IMG/VR virus record: IMGVR_UViG_3300020045_000321
Coordinates: 1 to 30,136 of that record
Reading direction: 5' to 3' (one strand)
Length of the DNA stretch: 30,136 bases
Source of the DNA: a virus
Lineage: Duplodnaviria > Caudoviricetes
Positions 7,183 to 15,900 of this stretch are shown one piece after another. The position numbers and the translations under genes were made by a program. The notes under the pieces are model-generated. The model was not told the DNA's origin. It saw only the letters and a list, made by a program, of their open reading frames with translations, and made no database searches. Position 1 is the stretch's first letter; each line of letters opens with the position of its first letter.

Positions 7183-7514
7183 AGAAAAAGGCATGGGCTA
7201 TGATGCCCAAGTCAACTACATATGAGACCGACAAGATTAAATATCTTGTTGAGCATCTCTACCATCCCGATTTTACAATTGCTCCGAACACCTACATCGA
7301 AACTAAAGGACGCTTCCTTAGTGCGGATAGGGCGAAGCACTTACATATTCGGGAACAACATCCAGAAGTGAAGGTCTACTTCCTATTTGGTAATGCAGAA
7401 AATAAGCTCACCAAGTCCAGCAAGACTAGCTACGCAGATTGGTGTATTAAATATGGTTTTGAATATGCTGATTTTTACAAAGAAGGTATTCCCAAAGAAT
7501 GGTTTAATAAATGA
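7140..7514 (+). CDS. T7 endonuclease I-like Holliday junction resolvase
   Basis: FRSGLE, YHPDF, IETKGRF, K(T/S)YADWC and IPKEW motifs; likely start ATG 7140. Confidence 0.92.
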   Translation: MATSNKTPRFRSGLEKKAWAMMPKSTTYETDKIKYLVEHLYHPDFTIAPNTYIETKGRFLSADRAKHLHIREQHPEVKVYFLFGNAENKLTKSSKTSYADWCIKYGFEYADFYKEGIPKEWFNK

Positions 7515-8278
7515 GACATTTAATTTTGCCAGACGTTCAAGCCAAGCCCGGCTCCGACTTCTCATTCCTTAATAAGATAGGGCAGTACATCGTAGAGAAA
7601 AAACCTGAGGTCATTATATGTATAGGAGACTTCGCAGATATGCCCTCCCTATCATCCTATGACGTAGGTAAGAAGTCTTTTGAGGGTAGGCGGTACGTCA
7701 AGGACATACAAGCCGCTCACGAGGCTATGGAAGCCCTCCTAGCACCACTCAAAGCGTTCAACATCAAAGCAATTCGTAATAAGGAGAAACAGTACCACCC
7801 CCGTATGGTCATGACGCTTGGAAACCACGAACATCGTATTGTTAGAGCAGTAGACAATGACCCTAAGTTAGATGGTGTCCTGTCTATAGATGATCTCAAA
7901 TACAAAGAGTTCGGTTGGGAAGTTCATAACTTTCTTGACGTTGTTATCATTGATGGTGTGGCATACAGCCATTATTTTGTTACCGGTGTGGCTGGTCGTC
8001 CGGCTAGTAGCGCCAGCGCACAACTAAATAAGAAACACCAATCTTGTATTGCAGGTCACCAGCAGGGACTTCAGATTGCTACAGCCAATAGGGCTGATGG
8101 TAGTTTGATTACTTCGGTAATTGCTGGAAGTTGCTACCAGCATTTGGAACATTATATGGGTCCACAGGGAAATAAACATTGGAGGGGGTTTTTGGTCTGC
8201 CATGATGTACAACCAAACGGCGAATTTGATCTGATGCCTGTGAGTTTAGACTATGTAACAAAAAAATATGCAGACTAA
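7511..8278 (+). CDS. Calcineurin-like metallophosphoesterase
   Basis: PDVQ, IGDFAD, LGNHE, YSHY and AGHQQ motifs. Confidence 0.88.
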   Translation: MRHLILPDVQAKPGSDFSFLNKIGQYIVEKKPEVIICIGDFADMPSLSSYDVGKKSFEGRRYVKDIQAAHEAMEALLAPLKAFNIKAIRNKEKQYHPRMVMTLGNHEHRIVRAVDNDPKLDGVLSIDDLKYKEFGWEVHNFLDVVIIDGVAYSHYFVTGVAGRPASSASAQLNKKHQSCIAGHQQGLQIATANRADGSLITSVIAGSCYQHLEHYMGPQGNKHWRGFLVCHDVQPNGEFDLMPVSLDYVTKKYAD

Positions 8279-8726
8279 GTATTGTCCACAATGTCAAGAG
8301 ATAAAAAGTACAGTATTATTTTATAGAAATTCTTCAAATAAGCAAAATTGCAGTGCTTATTGTAAAGTTTGTCAAAACAAGCGTACAACTCTTTATGTGA
8401 ACGCTAATAAAGAAAAAATGAGTCCTCATTTACGCAGATACTCTCTTAAAAAGCGTTATGGTTTGTCTATTGAAGATTATAATACTATGTTAGAAAAACA
8501 AAATGGGGTTTGTGCTATTTGTAAAAAGCCTAATAGTACTAATAAGCATTTTGCTGTAGATCATTGCCATAGTACAAAGAAAATTAGAGGTATTTTATGT
8601 GATAATTGTAATAAAGGTTTAGGGGTTTATCATGATGATACTTCTATATTACAAAACGCTATTTTATATTTGGAAAACTCAAAAAATGTTTGGTCATCTT
8701 TATACACAAAAACCCGGTTCACTTGA
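8268..8726 (+). CDS. Endonuclease VII-family HNH nuclease (putative free-standing homing endonuclease)
   Basis: N-terminal CPQC...CKVC, RYGLSIEDY, QNGVCAIC...VDHCH...IRGILCDNCNKGLG; strongly AT-rich. Confidence 0.9.
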   Translation: MQTKYCPQCQEIKSTVLFYRNSSNKQNCSAYCKVCQNKRTTLYVNANKEKMSPHLRRYSLKKRYGLSIEDYNTMLEKQNGVCAICKKPNSTNKHFAVDHCHSTKKIRGILCDNCNKGLGVYHDDTSILQNAILYLENSKNVWSSLYTKTRFT

Positions 8727-9039
8727 CGCCGCCTTTGAACGCGGTGCTATCCAGTCAGGTCTAGTTGACCCGACAGCAGCAACCTTCCCAGAGAATCGTT
8801 TGACAGGTATCCTACCCCCTATTGAATGGGGCCAACCCCCACCAACAGCCAATCAAGAGCCCGAGGTGTGGTGGTTAGTACAGAAGGATATGCTTAAACG
8901 CAACTCCTTTGGTGTTGATAAGTATGGTATACCACTTCAACCCCACAACGGACGTGATGCCCTCAAGGATGCTTATGAAGAGGCTCTTGATCTTGTGGTC
9001 TACCTCCGACAAGCTATCTATGAACGGGATTCAAAATAA
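8686..9039 (+). CDS. Conserved phage protein, possibly an all-alpha NTP pyrophosphatase (MazG-like fold)
   Basis: GVDKYG and DAYEEALDLVVYL acidic helix; likely start ATG 8686. Confidence 0.6.
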   Translation: MFGHLYTQKPGSLDAAFERGAIQSGLVDPTAATFPENRLTGILPPIEWGQPPPTANQEPEVWWLVQKDMLKRNSFGVDKYGIPLQPHNGRDALKDAYEEALDLVVYLRQAIYERDSK

Positions 9040-9659
9040 TGCCAATAGTTAAATTAGAATGGGCAACACCCAATATCGAGGAAGTAATCTTAAAGTGCTG
9101 TCGTCCACAAGAGACTAGCCCAAGCAAAGATCCTGTTAAGCTCTTGAACTATCTTATTAAGCACCATCATTGGAGTCCATTTGAAATGGTTTCTATTTGT
9201 ATGGAAATTAATACTACACGAGATATTGCTCGACAGATCCTACGTCATCGTAGCTTTTCCTTCCAAGAATTCAGTCAGCGATATGCTAAGGTAACTGAGT
9301 TCACAGAAAGTGAAGTCCGCCTGCAGGACACAAAGAATCGACAGAACTCGTTGCCTAACGAAGACAAAACTCTAGAAGCATGGTGGAGTTATGCACAAGA
9401 TGTTTTACTAGATCATACAACAGAAGTTTATGAGCAGGCTTTGAAGAAGGGTATTGCAAAAGAAGTAGCTCGTAAGATTCTCCCCGAGGGATTAACATCT
9501 TCTCGTATGTTTATGACAGGAACCTTACGTAGCTGGCTCCATTATATCTCTATTCGTATGGATGCAGCTACACAGAAAGAGCATCGACAAGTAGCTGAAC
9601 AGTGTGCCTTGATCTTGACTACTCTTTGTCCTACTATTATGGAAGCTTTCTATGCCTGA
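9039..9659 (+). CDS. thyX: Flavin-dependent thymidylate synthase
   Basis: HWSPFE, signature RHRSFSFQEFSQRY, KEVARKILP and TQKEHR. Confidence 0.95.
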   Translation: MPIVKLEWATPNIEEVILKCCRPQETSPSKDPVKLLNYLIKHHHWSPFEMVSICMEINTTRDIARQILRHRSFSFQEFSQRYAKVTEFTESEVRLQDTKNRQNSLPNEDKTLEAWWSYAQDVLLDHTTEVYEQALKKGIAKEVARKILPEGLTSSRMFMTGTLRSWLHYISIRMDAATQKEHRQVAEQCALILTTLCPTIMEAFYA

Positions 9660-9825
9660 CATTTCTATGTGTCCCGGTGGTAGTTGTTCAGAACGGACAC
9701 GATGCTATCGTGCTACAGCTATCCCAAGTGAACTTCAGGTTTACTTTACCTTTTTACCATTATCACCAGATGACTCTTGTGATTACTATATCCCATTAGA
9801 AAAGAATACAGATGAAAATAAATGA
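9652..9825 (+). CDS. Small Cys-rich protein (57 aa, MPDISMCPGGSC...CYR...CDYY)
   Basis: Read manually; overlaps both neighbours, four spaced Cys residues; more plausible than the track ORF 9602-9799. Confidence 0.7.
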   Translation: MPDISMCPGGSCSERTRCYRATAIPSELQVYFTFLPLSPDDSCDYYIPLEKNTDENK

Positions 9826-10147
9826 TTATCAAAAACAAGCCCTCTCCTTCCGTCTTCCTAGTGCCGATCATATGTATGCTCTACTTAACCTCACCAGCGA
9901 AGTGGGTGAGCTTAATGGTCACATTGCAAAAGGAATTCGAGATGAAATTCCACAACAAACTATCGGTGTGAATATCGCAAAAGAACTTGGTGATATCCTG
10001 TGGTGTATTGCTGCGGTATGTGCTGATATGGGTATTACCTTAGAGGACGTAGCTCAAGGTAACCTAGACAAGCTGACCAAACGTAAGGCAACAGGAACTA
10101 TCAAAGGGTCGGGTGACGACAGAGAGTCGATTGTAAATGCAGTCTGA
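9812..10147 (+). CDS. mazG: MazG-like nucleotide pyrophosphohydrolase
   Basis: YQKQA, LTSEVGEL, KELGDILW, NLDKL and GSGDDR motifs. Confidence 0.88.
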   Translation: MKINDYQKQALSFRLPSADHMYALLNLTSEVGELNGHIAKGIRDEIPQQTIGVNIAKELGDILWCIAAVCADMGITLEDVAQGNLDKLTKRKATGTIKGSGDDRESIVNAV

Positions 10148-10295
10148 TATTGAAGAACTCAAACTCTTGATCATTCATAATTTAGATATTCAGGAATTCT
10201 TGGATATCTTGGATATTGATCTTGTTGAACTCGTAGAAATCCTAGAGGAACAGATTGAAAACAAGTACACACAACTCCACGCTGCCGTTCGCTAA
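10137..10295 (+). CDS. Small acidic helical protein (52 aa, MQSDIEELKLLII...)
   Basis: Read manually; overlaps the upstream stop; D/E- and L/I-rich. Confidence 0.7.
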   Translation: MQSDIEELKLLIIHNLDIQEFLDILDIDLVELVEILEEQIENKYTQLHAAVR

Positions 10296-10446
10296 GCAGT
10301 CTTATAAGAAACCATATCAAATTCGTATACACGAAGAAAAGGAGGCCAATCGTGACATTGCCTATGCTCTCACCAGTGGTGAAACCGAAACGGATCGACA
10401 AGTGCCCTACATGCAACTCGTGGATGAAACGCCAAAACTTACGTGA
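10255..10446 (+). CDS. Hypothetical protein (63 aa)
   Basis: GAGG upstream of a TTG start, but large overlaps with both neighbours. Confidence 0.4.
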   Translation: MKTSTHNSTLPFAKQSYKKPYQIRIHEEKEANRDIAYALTSGETETDRQVPYMQLVDETPKLT

Positions 10447-10513
10447 ACAGCCTCCCATCTACTTATGTATGGCTTGTGAACACAAAAAACGGAATCAATT
10501 GAATGACAAATAA
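10352..10513 (+). CDS. Small zinc-ribbon protein (CPTC...CMAC)
   Basis: Read manually; AAGGAGG upstream of GTG 10352 (in-frame ATG 10364); overlaps the nrdJ start. Confidence 0.65.
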   Translation: MTLPMLSPVVKPKRIDKCPTCNSWMKRQNLREQPPIYLCMACEHKKRNQLNDK

Positions 10514-12185
10514 ACAAGATTTTAAAAACGCATTTGCACAAAATATTTTCAACGCTAAGTATGCAAAATTCCCCGGAGAGACTTGGGCACAACGTGCTCA
10601 TGACATTGTAGAAGATGTTTGTGGTACTCGTTGGGGTACTGCTAGCACCCTTATGAGCACCTCTGATCTACGACAACTTGAAGAGTATATCAAAGATCAG
10701 AAGTTCTTCCCCGGTGGTCGTTATATTTGGTACAGTGGTCGTGGACACAGCTTCTTTAATAACTGTTTTCTTCTTCGAGCAGAAGAGGATACACGAGAAG
10801 AGTGGGCCAACCTCATGCAACGTTCTATTTCCTGTTTGATGACAGGTGGTGGTATTGGTATTGACTATTCTCGTTTGCGTGCTAAGGGGCGGCCTCTTAG
10901 TCGTACAGGTGGAACTGCCTCTGGTCCACTTCCTCTTATGCAAATGATTAATGAAGCAGGGCGCGGGGTAATGCAAGGAGGATCACGTCGATCTGCAATC
11001 TATGCTAGTCTCAATTGGCAACATGACGATATTGATCAGTTCCTTAAAAGCAAGAATTGGGACGAGCTGACCAAAGAACAGAAGGCTATCAACTTCAACT
11101 ATCCAGCACCATTGGATATGACCAACATCAGCGTCAACTACGACGACGCGAGTTTGGGTTGTTACACCAAGGGGTTGGGTGGGTCGATCACAGATAGCGA
11201 GCTGGCTACCAATCCTGTTTTTATGGAGAACTGTCGACAAGCACTCATGACCGGTGAACCCGGCTTCTCCTTTAACTTCGGAAGTAAACAGAATGAAACC
11301 CTACGAAATGCCTGTACTGAGGTTACATCAGAAGATGATAGTGACGTTTGTAATCTTGGCTCAATTAATATGGGTAATATATCATCTTTGGAGGAGTTCA
11401 AATCTGTTGTTTCCTTGGCTTCTAAGTTCCTCGTCTGTGGAACACTACGAGCCGATCTGCCATACGAAAAAGTCTATAAAGTTCGGGAAAAGAACCGTCG
11501 TCTTGGACTTGGACTTATGGGTATCCATGAGTGGCTCCTCCAACGAGGTGAAAAATACGAGGTAACAAATGAACTACATCAATGGCTCCAAGTCTATCGA
11601 GCTGAGTCCGAGTCAGCAGCTAATGAGCACTGTGATAGATTCTTTATCTCTCGTCCAGTCGCCTATCGTGCAATCGCTCCCACAGGAAGCATTGGAATCC
11701 TTGCGGGAACAACAACTGGCATTGAACCGTTGTTTGCAGTCGCATATAAGCGTCGCTTCCTTACAGAAGGGACTAAATGGAAATATCAATACGTGGTGGA
11801 TGGAACAGCACAGTCACTTATTGAGAAGTATTCTGCTAACCCCGATTCCATCGAAACTGCCCTAGACCTGAGTACCGATTATGAACGACGACTGGCGTTT
11901 CAGGCAGGAATCCAAGACTACGTGGACATGAGTATTTCTAGTACTATTAATCTTCCTGCGTGGGGTAGTGCTACTAACAACGATTCGACAGTTAAAGGCT
12001 TTACAGAAGTATTAGCAAAATATGCTCCTCGACTGCGTGGCTTTACCTGCTACCCAGACAGTAGCCGTGGAGGCCAACCACTGACATCGGTGCCTTATAA
12101 AGAAGCACTTGCTCACAAGGATACTGTCTACGACGAGACGATTGATATTTGTGATCTGACTGGTGGGGGCACGTGTGGGTCTTAG
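10503..12185 (+). CDS. nrdJ: Class II (B12-dependent) ribonucleotide reductase
   Basis: PGGR, NNCF, GGGIGIDYS, QGGSRRSA, TGEPG, NACTE, CNLGSIN, RRLGLG, IAPTGSI, GIEP, ISSTIN and a C-terminal Cys pair; no nrdB nearby. Confidence 0.88.
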   Translation: MTNKQDFKNAFAQNIFNAKYAKFPGETWAQRAHDIVEDVCGTRWGTASTLMSTSDLRQLEEYIKDQKFFPGGRYIWYSGRGHSFFNNCFLLRAEEDTREEWANLMQRSISCLMTGGGIGIDYSRLRAKGRPLSRTGGTASGPLPLMQMINEAGRGVMQGGSRRSAIYASLNWQHDDIDQFLKSKNWDELTKEQKAINFNYPAPLDMTNISVNYDDASLGCYTKGLGGSITDSELATNPVFMENCRQALMTGEPGFSFNFGSKQNETLRNACTEVTSEDDSDVCNLGSINMGNISSLEEFKSVVSLASKFLVCGTLRADLPYEKVYKVREKNRRLGLGLMGIHEWLLQRGEKYEVTNELHQWLQVYRAESESAANEHCDRFFISRPVAYRAIAPTGSIGILAGTTTGIEPLFAVAYKRRFLTEGTKWKYQYVVDGTAQSLIEKYSANPDSIETALDLSTDYERRLAFQAGIQDYVDMSISSTINLPAWGSATNNDSTVKGFTEVLAKYAPRLRGFTCYPDSSRGGQPLTSVPYKEALAHKDTVYDETIDICDLTGGGTCGS

Positions 12186-12327
12186 TATCGGCGTAAGCTT
12201 CATCAATGGCATGATGTTGGGGATTGAGTTCCCTGACAAAGCTACTCTAGTAGAACCGGATGATATTAAGTTCTGTTTTGTACTTGATCTCTTGATCATT
12301 CGTTGTATTTTTATCTGGTCAAAATAA
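12175..12327 (+). CDS. Small hydrophobic hypothetical protein (50 aa)
   Basis: Read manually: GTG start, GLSIGVSFINGMMLGIEF...FVLDLLIIRCIFIWSK; overlaps the nrdJ stop. Confidence 0.6.
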   Translation: MGLSIGVSFINGMMLGIEFPDKATLVEPDDIKFCFVLDLLIIRCIFIWSK

Positions 12328-12456
12328 AGGAGGACTTCTATGGAAGGTGATGGTTATGCTTGAAGGATGGGATGACTAAGTAGCAACCCTTGTTAAGGAG
12401 AATCTAATGTGATTTAAGATCGGTCATCAACACCTTACGTGGAATCCAGAAACAAG

Positions 12457-12493
12457 AAAACCCCAAGGACTCATCATCCAAGGGGTTTTTTTT
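12457..12493 (+). terminator. Intrinsic terminator between the convergent arms, probably bidirectional
   Basis: AAAA-CCCC-aa-GGA-ctcatca-TCC-aa-GGGG-T8; the A-rich 5' flank supplies a U tract on the - strand just after the lysozyme stop. Confidence 0.85.
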
Positions 12494-12498
12494 GGTCT

Positions 12499-12912
12499 CT
12501 ACGATCCGAATTGATCTCGTTCCGAGTTACGTCTTGATGTTATCTCAGGTGGTATATGCCAACGATTGAACTCCAGCATAGCTTTGGTAAATTGTTTGAG
12601 GTTAATAAACTTAAGCATCGTAGACCGCTTAAAAGCATTAACACCAACGTTAAACACAAAACTAACTAAAGCATCATATTGGTTCTGTGTGAGTGGCACC
12701 AACGTCGACGTGTTAATACAAAGTTCGGATGTTTTAATGTCTTTCCTAAGTGCCTCCTCGATTTGTTGGTCCGTCCAAACAAGACCAGCTTTGACTTCCG
12801 GTCCCGTGTGTCCTACGCCAATTGTCCAAATCCCCTTGGTGTCTAGGTAAGCTTTGTTTCGTTTACCCTCACGTAGCGTAAGAATCTTTAAACCGTTATC
12901 TGAAATAAACAT
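12499..12912 (-). CDS. Endolysin, GH24 phage lysozyme
   Basis: E-x8-D-x5-T triad (REGKRNKAYLDTKGIWTIGVGH), QNQYDALVSFVFNVG and RRNSE. Confidence 0.95.
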   Translation of the reverse strand: MFISDNGLKILTLREGKRNKAYLDTKGIWTIGVGHTGPEVKAGLVWTDQQIEEALRKDIKTSELCINTSTLVPLTQNQYDALVSFVFNVGVNAFKRSTMLKFINLKQFTKAMLEFNRWHIPPEITSRRNSERDQFGS

Positions 12913-12913
12913 C

Positions 12914-15900
12914 TCATTGTACCCGTCGCATCAAAGATTGTTGTCGTGTTACGTTGGTGCTGGCTGCATCCTTAATCAATGCAGCATTCTGTGGGGATGT
13001 GCTTAAGTCAACACCCTTCTGAATCAACGCCGCTTCCAAAGCTTTAGGATCACCCTGACCATTCTTAATATATTTATCAATAGACTCTCGTGAAATAGGC
13101 CGATCTCTAAAGATATCCTGTGCCATCTTATTAAGAGCAGTCTCACGAATACTCTTATAACCGAGGTCCAGTTGCTTCAGTTCATAGTTCTTAGTCTGTT
13201 GAACAGATTTATTAATACCAAGTAGTCCGATCTTACCCAACAACCTATCCACATCATTGATCTCAGCAGTAGCTCGCAGTTTAGTAGGATCGGTGCTATA
13301 AGCCAAGTCACCTTTTGTATACCACTGATCCTTCATCATGCCCTGCATAAATGGAGGAGCTAGGTTCAACGCAGCAGCTTTTAAGTTCTCTTCGGAAGGA
13401 CTCATAGCAGCCCGTCCTGTTGCCTTAGCCATCTCAACCAGCTTACCACCACCAGCAAATGCTGCGTCGCCAGCAGAAGATGGAAGTACATCACCAAGAC
13501 CAACACGAGAAGAAATATCAGCGCCAGCTAAGGTAAACATACCATTAGATAGTGCATAAGAACCTTTAGGACCAAGTTTCTCTCCAACAGTCTCTGACAA
13601 CTTCAGGGTATCCAAAGTCAACGAACGTTCCTCACCCAATTTCTTTGTGATAAACCCATAGAGTTGATCCCATTGTGAATAGAACGGTAGGCCCATAAGA
13701 CCAGCAAAAGCGATGGTACTAGCCATCTGCGCTAGTAGTGGTGTTGCATTGCCTGAGTTACCAATCTCCCGTGCATACAGAGCCCAACGGCTGAGTTCGT
13801 TATGTCCAAAACTCTTCAAGTTATATGCCATACTACCCAGTGCACCCAAGGCGTTATAGATAGGAGGTTTTTCCATCTGTGAGTAGTTGTTCATAGCCAT
13901 GTCGGTAAACCGATGGGCTTGTTCATATAGACCATGCTCAGCAGTCAGACCACCATCGTGTAAGGTATTAACTAAGGCATGAAATACCGCAGCACGAGTA
14001 CCGGTTTCTACGTGAGCTTGCGGAGCTTGTGTAGCCTTGTTTACATAATAAGCAGTATCTTTGGATGTTGATGTACTATGCTGTACCATGTCCGTAGCGT
14101 ACACGTGGTTATTCTTAGCGTAATCCACAGCACCCTGTTCCAAAGCATTCAAGGGTTTACCCGATACTTGTTTGTACAAGGTTCCCATAGCTTTAGAAAC
14201 ACCACCTACGCCCCATGAGTCAACCCCCTTACCACGCAAGTAGAGATTCATCGCAGGAAGTGCTACCAATGGTTGTAGCATCTGGATAGCAAGGAACGTC
14301 GGTGACAAGCTCATCATCATGGTATTAGCCACTTGCTTAGCCACATTAATACCAGCCTTAGGTACACCTGGTCCAATACCAAATGGTGCAAAGAGAGCTG
14401 AGATACCAGCGTCAACAGCCTTACCCATACGACTAGGTTCGATGCCCATTGCGTTGTTTAAGTAGTCCTGTGCAAGTTTACTAGCATTAGGATGATCCTT
14501 CATCACCATAGGGTCGTGGAGCACCGTAGACACGTCCACAGCAGCCTTAGCCATCTCACCCCATTGGTAAGCACTCTCCGCGTACCGTACCTGATTCTCA
14601 AAGAAAGCCTTAGCATTCTCACTCCCTGTGAGCCACTGCTTACGTCCTTCCATACCCCAAACACCTTTCTTCTGCATAGTATGTTGTTGCATACCAAGGA
14701 AGTTGTTTGGGTTATCACGGTGGACTTCATTCAAAGTCTTTACAAACTCCGCAAAGTTGGGGTTGTTCTCTCCGATAGTATCAAGAACATCTTTAAAGGC
14801 TTCATTAGGTGTACCCATACGAGAACTTCTACTTACAGAAGTATCTTGCAACGGTCCAAACTCATACTCAGGATTCTTCTGTTTGATGAGTTCCTCTAGC
14901 TTAGACAAGGAGTTTTTACCCAACGTCTTACTATTAGCACCGATAACACCAACCACTTCACGTTCACCATTAACCATCTTGTAGACCGTCTTGCGAAAGT
15001 CTCCAGACATGTTCATAGCAGAGTAGCCTGTACGAGATGTGATTGGTTTCTTACCAGCCGCCTCACGGGCTACGTTGATCTGCTTGAGTACATCAGCCAT
15101 AAGAGCTTGGTGTTGTAGCACAGCATTCTGAACCTTCTCAGAAATACCATGCTTAGTCATCATCTCTTTTGTGATAACAGTTTGGGTCTTGTCGGAGTTG
15201 TCTAACAGCTTAAACGTATCGTTGTACTCTGTCTTAGACAGCTCGCGCAAAGAACTCAGATACTCTTTGTGAATCTTCTCATTGATCTGTGAACGGGCTT
15301 TACCTTCAGCAGACAACATCCGATCAACAGCAAAGTGAACAACAGGATTGTTGACCTTAGCTTTGAGATAACTACCGCCCTTAGTCAGGGCATTGATACC
15401 CTGTTGAACCATGTTCTGTTTTACATCAGAGGTGTTCGCGGCGAACGCAATAGCCTGTTGAGAATTCTCAATAAGAGCATTACCAACTTCTTTTAGTTTG
15501 TTCCAGTGTTCCTTAGTAAAAGGAATACCACTATGCATACTAACAATATCACTTCCGAATGGATTTTCTCCGGGCTTTGGGCCAGCACCCTTGGACAATG
15601 CCTCCGTGATATTTGCGTGAGCTTTAGCAGCAGTTTCACGTGCTGTGGATAAAGCAGCTTTAGCAGACAATAAGGTAGTGGCGTTAGCTTTACCAGCTTG
15701 TACTTGCTCAGTCAACTTCTGAACATGTTGTTCTTGTTTAGCCAGTTTGTCTTCAGCAGCCTTAACAAAAGGATGTTCTTCAACAGAACGTTGGAATCTA
15801 TCAGCAGTACTCTCAGCTCGGAAAGCTTCTTGTCTACTGCCTACGTCAAACATATCCGTTTGTTTAGAACTTACTTGTTCAACATAATCTTTATATGCTT

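Noticed and set aside
9039-9140. ThyX N-terminus with CCRP in place of the usual ARVS
   Set aside because: The catalytic RHRxxSxxxxSxR motif and the rest of the frame are intact, so there is no evidence of inactivation.
9602-9799. Track ORF of 65 aa
   Set aside because: It overlaps thyX heavily; the alternative frame 9652-9825 fits the operon packing better.
10198-10216. TCTTGGATA tandem duplication
   Set aside because: Only two copies, encoding LDI-LDI within a small ORF.
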